From assembly GCA_001662655.1 (NCBI GenBank), contig KV460219.1: a stretch of 64,000 nt of DNA. One strand, 5' to 3'. The notes beneath the pieces are model-generated. The model searched no databases, was not told the DNA's origin, and saw only the letters and a program-made list of their open reading frames with translations. Below are positions 55,893 through 64,000 of the stretch, in pieces (position 1 is the first letter of the stretch; each line of letters opens with the position of its first letter). The translations under genes and the position numbers were made by a program. The stretch comes from Pseudogymnoascus verrucosus. Taxonomy: Eukaryota.

Positions 55893-58800
55893 TTACATCC
55901 CACCTGCCTTCACCAGCTCCCCGAATCTACTCCCATCCTGTCCAGCCAAAGCTCTCGGTTCCCCAACCTCCACAATCTCCCCAGTATCCATCACAACAAC
56001 CGTATCGAAATCCATAACCATCTCCAGCCGATGGCTGACCGCCACAACAGTGTAGTCCTTGAACTCCGCCTTGATAACATCTAGCATCACTCTCTCCGTC
56101 TCGTGGTCTACACTCGAGCTCACCTCATCCAGTAACAATACTCCTCCCTCCGAACCATCGGACCCCATCCCCAGATTCCGTGCCCGCACCCGCCGCCGTA
56201 GCAATGCTCGTCCAAGTGACATCAACTGTCTCTGCCCTGCACTCATCGTCCCCGCGCTCATACCCGCATCGAGTCCACCTCGCTCCAAAACGAACGGCCA
56301 AAGCTCCACAGCCACAAGGACAGCTTGGCAATCTGCTGCTGTAGAGACGCCGACAGGGTCCAGGTTCGCTTTGAATGTCGACCCATCCGGTAGGAAGACG
56401 GCGTCCTGGGGCACGGCGATTATACGCGTGCGAAGTGCGGGGCGAGAGACGAGGTGTAACGGCGTGGAGTCGATAAATGCGGTACCTGGGGAAGATGGGA
56501 GGGGGTCGAGTAGCTTGAGCAGGAAGGCAAGAAGGCTGGATTTTCCACTGCCTGTGCGGCCGCAGATGGCGACTTTAGAACCGGCGGGTATGGTGAGAGT
56601 TATGTTACGGAGGGCGGGAGAGGATGTGATATCAGTGCTTTGTGGGGTTAGCTCCGTGTGACTGAGGGGTGGTGGCTTACTTACGAGTAATGAGCGGATA
56701 CGTCATTCAGCTCAATCACACCGCGCTGCGGCCACTGCTCTGGTGGGACGATATCCTCATCGTCTCTGTCTTCTGGCTTCACTGTTTCATTGAATGTCTT
56801 GAGTCTAGCAATGGCACCGATGGACGTTTCTAGCCTGGTATAGAATATGACGAAGCCCGAAAGATTTTCGCCAAAGCTCATGAGCGTGACGAGCGAAGCA
56901 CCAGTGAAACCGGAGTTGGATGATGGTAGCTGAACGGCAAGAGTGGTCAGGATCGCGGCCATCACCATGACGACGAGGTCGAGAACAAGGTTTAGCCACT
57001 GTTGGATCATCACGAGGAGATATGCGGGCCTTTGGCTGGAATTAATCAGAGCAGCGTTCTTTTGGAGGTCGTCGGGGAGAAATCCTGTTTTCAGTATCAG
57101 CAGCGGCCCTGGCTTATAGAAACATAGGTCGCGGTTTATCGACCTGATTCATATGGACTCACCAAAAGCTCTCAGGGTTGTAATCCCCTTTACCGTATCA
57201 ATAAAATGCGTGCTAAACGAATTGAGATTAGTACAGCGCTCAACGATCGCCCAGTATATGGCAGATGGACGAAGACTTACTACAAGGGGCTTTTTGCCTC
57301 AAGGTCTAACAACCTCAGCTGCCGGGAGGTTCGCAGGTAGAATCGCTGCACGATATACAGTAGGACGCCGAGGAATGGGTAGCTTATGGCCATATACGGA
57401 GACGAAGTGAGCATTACAGCCGCTTGTCCAAGTGCGCTGAAAATCTGAATTTCATGTCAGTCTCGATGATTGTCTTAGTGCTCTCCGGAGAGTAGCGGCA
57501 TCACTGCAGACTTACGGAAAACAAAGTGTTCAGCAATCCATTTGGCAGCTCTGTGTCTATAAGATTCAGATCTTGCGAAAATAGATTCGTGACGACACCA
57601 GTATCCGTTCCAGTGAAGAAGCTCAGTGGTGCTTTAATAAGTGTGCGCAAGGCATCTTGGTGGAGATTTGCGCCCGCTCTCTGCACAGAAACTATTATGA
57701 TAGCGACGCCGAGAAGCAGCAGCGATAGCAAGCCACATATTTGAAACATCGCATATAGTCCGGCATAGTAGGAATAAGTATGAGCCGGGTGTTCCGAGTA
57801 GACGTCCTCAGACCAAAATTTGAGCCCTGGAAAATGAAATTAGTTAATGATACTTATGATACTAATGGCAGGCTCTTAAATCTCTGGTTGGATTCCATTG
57901 TTAAGTGAAGAGTCAGCCAGCCATAATTGTAGTGTGCTGTAACTCACAAATTGTTGGAAAGTTTGTGAAGAAACCCCAGAAAAGACCAAACAAAAAACAG
58001 GATGCAGCTAGGAGCAACCCCATGCTTTTAAAATAATGCTTGTATACCGTCTTATCGCCAACTTGCCGTGATCCATCTGCGTCCGCCGCAAGCGATGATG
58101 TGTTGGTTGTCGTTGTGTGGAGCAGTTGCTGCTTCGTCTCTTTTTTCAATACCGATTTCTCCGACGAAGCATCGCTGTCCGAAGAGCTTTTCAACCCCAG
58201 ACTATGCACATATCCTGGACGGGCCATTAACGTTTCGAAGTTACCTTGCTCGACAACGCTGCCGTCTCCAAGAGCTATGATGTAATCCGCCGCTGGTAAG
58301 TGTCGGATGCTGTGAGTGCACAGCACAACAGTAGATCGTCGCCGTCTGAGAAGTCCATCTGGTCCGAAGACTAGGCGGAAGACCTGTTCCTCGGTATCTG
58401 CATCCAAGCCACTGAAAATATCATCTAGAACAAGCAGATCTGAGTGCAAATACAGAGCTCGCGCGAGCGAAATGCGCTGTTTCTGTCCCCCGGATAATGT
58501 AATCCCATCAGACCCGACATTCGTTCTGTCGCCCTGTGGGAGTGTGTCGAAGTCAAAACCCAGAGCCGTAGCCTCGATGACTTCAGAATATCTCTCATTA
58601 TCAAACGGAGAGAACCCAATAATGTTGTCCCTGATTGTCTTGTTTGAGAGGAATGCCGTTTGGTCACAAAATCCAACGTGGGGGAATCTAGTGCTCAACA
58701 CCACGCTACCTTTGCTGAATGGAATCTCTCCAAGCAGTGCCTTGCAAAGCGTAGATTTTCCCGACCCAACTGGTCCAACGACAATTGTAAGCGATGATTT

Positions 58801-60764
58801 TGCTACTCGAGTATTTATGTTTCGCAAGGCGAACTTGTCCTCTTCCCAGCCAAACATTCCGTTCTTTATAACAATAGGATATGATAGGTCGGGTTCTGAA
58901 TCAACCGAAGCCATCGCAACTGCCTGGGGTTTCTCTGAATTCCGTCTCATATCAGCCAGAACTTCGCGAAAGTCGTTGCGCGTCTCGCACTCTACAAAGG
59001 CTTGAATTCGGCCCAAGCAGGCGAAACCAGAGATGAGCTGAGGGATAGTTTGAAAGATCTGAGATAGCGGAACCGTTAAAAGCAAAAGATAAGACAAACT
59101 CGTGAACATCCTCGTGGCATCCAGTGTTCGTTGAGCGAATGCAAATGTTAGCGGTGGACTGATCATCATCGGAATAAACCCAAAGAGCGCCGCAATAATG
59201 CCTATTTTGCGAAATCGGGCCCCAGCTGCCAGCTCCTCCACACGGAGATTCTGCACGAAGTCACCGATGGCACCAGCGAGGCCGGATATTTTTAGGTTCT
59301 TCATATTACCGATGACTGTAGCGGTCAAACCGACGCGCTTTTGGACTCCTGCCATCCAGAGTCTCTGCGTGTCCCCTATAAACTTCATGAGAATCGCCAA
59401 CCCGACGAAGCAGAGTATAACAACTCCTATAGGTGCGATGAAGACAACTCCAAGTTGGTTGTACAACATCCATCCAGCCAGAGCAACCTGTATAATGCTT
59501 GCCCAGACATCGTGCATTGCCCGAAAGCCCATGTTGATCCTTTCTATGTCTGTGCTCATTAATGTCAGCGCAGCACTATCATCGCCGGTTCCGATACGAG
59601 CTTCTGTAGCTTTGATAAAGATCTCAGTAACCAGTATTGACCTTAACATAGCTAGCATTCTGTGGTGAAAGTACCTAGACGTTTGTATAAGCAGGGGATC
59701 TTGGAAAGAGCAGTTTCGTGGGGTCACAATACCAGCAGAGAGCCGTGGAAATGGCAATTCCCGAGTAGATCAGTATACTGGCGCCAATGAAGCCATATCC
59801 AACGTTTGCCTCGACCTCCGGCTTGGATAGATGGTCTAGTAGCTTCTCAAGGAAGAACGGTTGACAAAACGTGAACCCCAGAAGTGCCATGCGTGGAGGT
59901 ATAGGAAGTAGGATCGGGACTTTCAGTGTGCGTATTAGCACCTTGACAAGACCATATTTGTCGCCCTTCATCTTGGAGTAATCCACGTTCCTGGAGTACA
60001 ACTCGTGGAGATATTGGCTGCTCAAAGTACTATCCAGCGGGTAAAGGTCCTTTAGGGCCAAAATTTTGCTGTATCCTTCGAGGAAGATCCTATTGAGCCA
60101 AAAGAAGACCCCAAGAGAGAAAATTCCGCTTGTCTCTTCCGGACTGTGCTCCTTTTCATCCCAGCTTACCCACTTGGCCTTTCGTTGGGCTTCCAGGACC
60201 AATATTCCCACCTTCAGAGCTATAGCAGCACTGAATATGCTACTATAGGTGAGCTCGGGCTTGTCACCCGATGACAGGAACAGTGTCCTCGCTTGGGTTG
60301 CGTCCAGGAGAAGAGTCAAGAACAAGTAGCTATTCAATAGCACGGACGGCCGTGGGCTCTTGCTATGATCAACGAGACTCAGCGTAATCATAAATAGGGC
60401 TGACACGAGTTTGAGAACCGAGGAGGCTATAAACATGCTAGTCACATGGAAGGATCCAACGGCAACCAAGATGAGGAGTGAAAGTTCAAGCCCGACATAG
60501 GTTGTAATAGCGCCCTAGGATGGTTTAATTAGCACACTTTGGCCATACATCCGCATAGTAAGAGCGCACCAATTTTATCAACTGGAAAACTGGAGCATTG
60601 ACCACAGTGGGCTTCCGAGCTTGGGAAACCGTCCGCCATAACGATGTCACGATGAATAGGACGGACGGGATGATAGAGAAGAACAGCTGCTCAAACTGTA
60701 CGTTGAAGTCGAAGTTGCCCTGGTTCATCTGGAGCAAGCTCCCCTCTCCAGTAGTGAACGGCAT
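55893..60764 (-). CDS. ABCC/MRP-type full-length ABC transporter (multi-exon)
   Basis: NBD1 GPVGSGKST, LSGGQKQR, VLDD; NBD2 GRTGSGKSS, MSAGQRQL, LLDE; TMD0 and two TMDs; canonical introns. Confidence 0.93.
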
Positions 60765-61624
60765 CTTGGTCCCCTGAAATCAAAGCCTTTGGCTGAAGTT
60801 AATTTCGCTGTGGCCACAGGGCGAACCTCGTATTGAAGAACCCTATCGAGTTCCTGTCGATTGTTCGCCACAGGGCAAGTTTAAAAAGCACAGAAAATCT
60901 GGTTGGAAATGTTATGTTGGTCACTCTACGAGGTCAGGCAATCAAGCCATCGCGGTGAAGATATAGGATGAATCACGTTGAGCATGCAATATTTTAATAT
61001 AGAGGCTTCGTCAGCGACTTTCGTCTTGAAGTGCAACGCCGCGTCAGGGCTGTCGTCTTGAGATCCTTGCTGCCTGCTATCTGGCATGTTGAACTAGCCA
61101 TATTCCGAACTCCGACGACACATCCGGCCAATAACCAACGCTGACGGGCGGGCGCTCGGCGTCGTTTAGCTAAGATAGGAAGGTGCGATCAGTGTACCGA
61201 CTGACAGCTCCATCGCATCCTTCGTTCTGGCGACGCGTCGCGAACACGACGGAACATCTTTTCTTCGCTCGGATGGGAATGTGTTTTTAGGGAAGTAAAT
61301 GGTGATGGTGATGGCGAGGATCCAAGATTTTGACAATTACGCGATTGGGATGTTTTGTGATTTGTAAGGAAACCAGAAGCTTACCGTAGTATATTGCAGG
61401 TGGGCCAGTAAAAAATATGCTGCTTATGTTGCTTATATCGTCAGCAACGTCGGAGTTTATCGAGACGCCGCTGTCAACACCTTTATTGTGAGACATCCCC
61501 CTCACGTCAGAAATTATCAATCAATGTAGAAAGTACCCACGTCTGATTCCACTATAAGTTACATCAATGCCAGATCGTTGAAGTTGACCTGCCAGCACTC
61601 TGACCACATCGTACCGCCGCCACA

Positions 61625-62833
61625 ATGACCCCACCACGGAACCCAATTCTTATCGCCGGTGCCGGCATCTCCTCTCTCCTCCTTGCGCGCTCCCTACTCC
61701 GTTCCTCCATCCCATTCCTCCTCTTCGAGAATGACGCCTCCCTATCCTTCCGCGCCCAGGGCTACCGCCTCCGACTTTCCGCCGAAGGCCTCGACGCTAT
61801 CGAGTCTGTCCTCGGGCCCGATGCGTGGCAGCGCTTCTGGGACACGTGCGGAAAGACGGGGGGCGGTGGTTTTGGGACCTTGAATGCGCGAACGGGGGAG
61901 AAACTTCCAAATCCAGGACCGCCGGCAGCTGCTGATGGGAAGAAGTCGGTGACTCAGGCCCTTGCAAGTCGCGATGGGAAGGTCGTGGGGATTTCGCGCG
62001 GGGATATGCGAAGATTGTTTATGGAGGGATGTGAGGAATTTGTGCAGTGGTCGCATCGCGTCACAGGCTATGAATTAACTGCCAACGGTGTCCGTGCCAT
62101 CTTTGCGGACGGCTCAAAGTCGGTGGAGGGATCTATGCTGATTGCCGGTGAGGGTATCCGCTCCGGCGTCGCCAAGCAGCTTTCAGGTGGTAAACTGAAG
62201 GTTTACGACACGGGCGCGAGAGGAATCCACGGACAGGCTCCAACGACGTCATTCAAGGGGCTTGGAGAAGGCGTGTGGATCCTCCTTGACGAATCCCACC
62301 CCAAGGGCAAAGTTTCCATCATTACCAACGTCCGTCCGGACGAGATGGACGACCCATCCTTGAATTTCGGGTGGACCATGGTCGCCGAGCCCGGCATCGT
62401 TTCGCCGCCCAACAATGATGATTCTACGATCGGCATCCCAGCCGCTGATGTGGCAAAAGAGCTTACAGCGGACTGGAACCCGCGCTTTAAACCCCTCTTT
62501 GACGAGATGGTGGCCACTGACGCGGCATTCTGGAAGATTACGTGCTCAACTCCGACGGGTGTGCCAGAGTGGGAGAACCAGAACAGAGTAACTGTGATTG
62601 GAGACGCAGCGCATTCAATGACGCCTGCTGGAGGGATTGGGGCGAATACTGCGGTTAGGGACTCAGCGCTACTTGGGAAATTGCTCGCTGAAGCGGGGGG
62701 TTATAAGGAGGGCGTGACGGCTGCGTATGAGAAGGAGATGAGGGTCTATGCCAGTGAGGCTGTCCAAGCGAGTTATGGGATGGCGAAGAATCAGATGGGG
62801 GTTGTGATTGACGAAAATACGAAGACGTTGTGA
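61625..62833 (+). CDS. FAD-dependent monooxygenase (group A, CTB7/TetX-like architecture), intronless
   Basis: ILIAGAGISSL, RAQGYRLRL, LIAGEGIRS (DG motif variant), VTVIGDAAHSMTPAGGIGANTAVRDS. Confidence 0.9.
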   Translation: MTPPRNPILIAGAGISSLLLARSLLRSSIPFLLFENDASLSFRAQGYRLRLSAEGLDAIESVLGPDAWQRFWDTCGKTGGGGFGTLNARTGEKLPNPGPPAAADGKKSVTQALASRDGKVVGISRGDMRRLFMEGCEEFVQWSHRVTGYELTANGVRAIFADGSKSVEGSMLIAGEGIRSGVAKQLSGGKLKVYDTGARGIHGQAPTTSFKGLGEGVWILLDESHPKGKVSIITNVRPDEMDDPSLNFGWTMVAEPGIVSPPNNDDSTIGIPAADVAKELTADWNPRFKPLFDEMVATDAAFWKITCSTPTGVPEWENQNRVTVIGDAAHSMTPAGGIGANTAVRDSALLGKLLAEAGGYKEGVTAAYEKEMRVYASEAVQASYGMAKNQMGVVIDENTKTL

Positions 62834-63173
62834 GGGTGTGGGTGTTACCAAAGGGATCTATTAGATATATTAGTGGCATATTCCACTCAATTCGGCGCAG
62901 TTTATAACCAGCAAATAGAAATGTATTTCCAAGTAGATTTCCATATCTTTCTTTGCCACCTAGCCTCAAGTCCGTCATCTTCAACGCCGTCGCCATAAAT
63001 ATGAGCACACAAATGCTTAACTTAGTCACTGTGGCATATGGTAAACTGTAAATAGTGTCACGAAAGGCGACATAAACGTACTGCCAGAGGCTTAATCATT
63101 CTCCAGAACTCTATTGAATTAGATTTCTCCCAAACAATCGATCCAAGTGCAACTCCATATAGTCCATTCACCC

Positions 63174-64000
63174 CTATTCCCTATCACTATGCCCTTTTTC
63201 AAGCATCCGTCGAATCGCATGATGGCCATTTCCAGATGCCCTCCTTATAGCATTTTCATACTGCGCCTGTCCGTCACCAAATACGTTTGCTCCGGCATTA
63301 AGCAGAAGTTGAACCATATCTAGCCTCCCATGCTCTGCTGCCCCTTCCAGTGCCGTCCTCCCATCAGTCTCCGCAGCTGCGGCATTAACATCTGCTTCAT
63401 GTTCTAACAGAAGATGAGCGATTCCGAGAAATCCTTGCATGGCAGCGTATTGCAGCGCGGTTGCACCACTTCCAGTAGTGGGCGGAGAGTTCACATCTGC
63501 CCCGTGCTCTAGCAGTAAGTCGATAATCTCTTTGCTCCCGTCCAGACTCGCCTCCTGCAGAGGCGTGCGAGGTATATGGTATTCGACACATATGTCGCTA
63601 TTCGTCTCTTCGTCATCAATAAAGGTTCCATTGGCATTGGCCTTGTATCGAAGAAGGATTCTGATCATTTCCACATCTCCATTATGAACTGCAATCTGAA
63701 GTGGCATCCTATAGTCGTCAGATTTGTATTTTCCACCGATTGACACGGAATTTGGATTCGATCCGTAATCAAGGAGAACCCGTGCAGCCGCCTTGTCGTT
63801 CCTCTTGACAGCAGATTGAACTGGTGAATATTGCGCACCAAACAGTACATCTGTGTCTGCCTTGGCACCTGCTTCCAAAAGGATTTTTAATAGCTGTAGT
63901 CCATTGTTCATCTCGGCCGCCCTGTCAATAGCAGATTCCTTCGCCCAAAAATCGGTATACAGACGCCTCTTCAAGTCCACACCATAGTCTAGTAACGTAT
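63174..64000 (-). CDS. C-terminal part of an ankyrin-repeat protein (begins beyond the window)
   Basis: RTPLQEAS..GADVNSP..GATALQYAAMQG..GRTALEGAAEHGRLDMVQLLL; the upstream part of the gene is not visible in this window. Confidence 0.85.
   Translation of the reverse strand, partial: TLLDYGVDLKRRLYTDFWAKESAIDRAAEMNNGLQLLKILLEAGAKADTDVLFGAQYSPVQSAVKRNDKAAARVLLDYGSNPNSVSIGGKYKSDDYRMPLQIAVHNGDVEMIRILLRYKANANGTFIDDEETNSDICVEYHIPRTPLQEASLDGSKEIIDLLLEHGADVNSPPTTGSGATALQYAAMQGFLGIAHLLLEHEADVNAAAAETDGRTALEGAAEHGRLDMVQLLLNAGANVFGDGQAQYENAIRRASGNGHHAIRRMLEKGHSDRE

Overview
Eukaryotic DNA from a filamentous ascomycete. Evidence: short GT-AG introns with CTRAC/CTAAC branch sites, a Zn2Cys6 factor, and RIP-like AT-rich transposon relics. 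Overall style suggests a Leotiomycete such as Pseudogymnoascus, which is inference only. Conserved-looking genes (Scm3-domain protein, ATG6, a very divergent cyclophilin, kynurenine formamidase-like hydrolase, membrane RING-H2 protein, UNC-93-like MFS) alternate with accessory blocks. The accessory blocks hold: a tandem array of four two-exon small secreted six-Cys (CBM19-like) genes that the ORF track largely misses; a haloalkane-dehalogenase fragment; a NACHT-ankyrin pseudogene interrupted by a 949-bp hAT element with intact TIRs and an 8-bp TSD; an intronless RclA/MerA-like oxidoreductase; two inverted LTRs of one family; an OTT_1508-like deaminase next to a membrane protein with highly conserved ankyrin repeats that vary at specific positions; a pogo/Fot1 relic cut by a solo LTR; a secreted SH3b-NlpC/P60 hydrolase; and a divergent ABCC transporter/FAD monooxygenase pair. 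Best candidates for new biology: the diversifying secreted-peptide array, the TM-ankyrin sensor plus deaminase pair, the open but catalytically eroded cyclophilin, and a gene-scale C-rich to G-rich compositional switch. Gene models were spliced by eye and family calls come from remembered motifs, not database searches. There is an assembly gap at 30271-30371.
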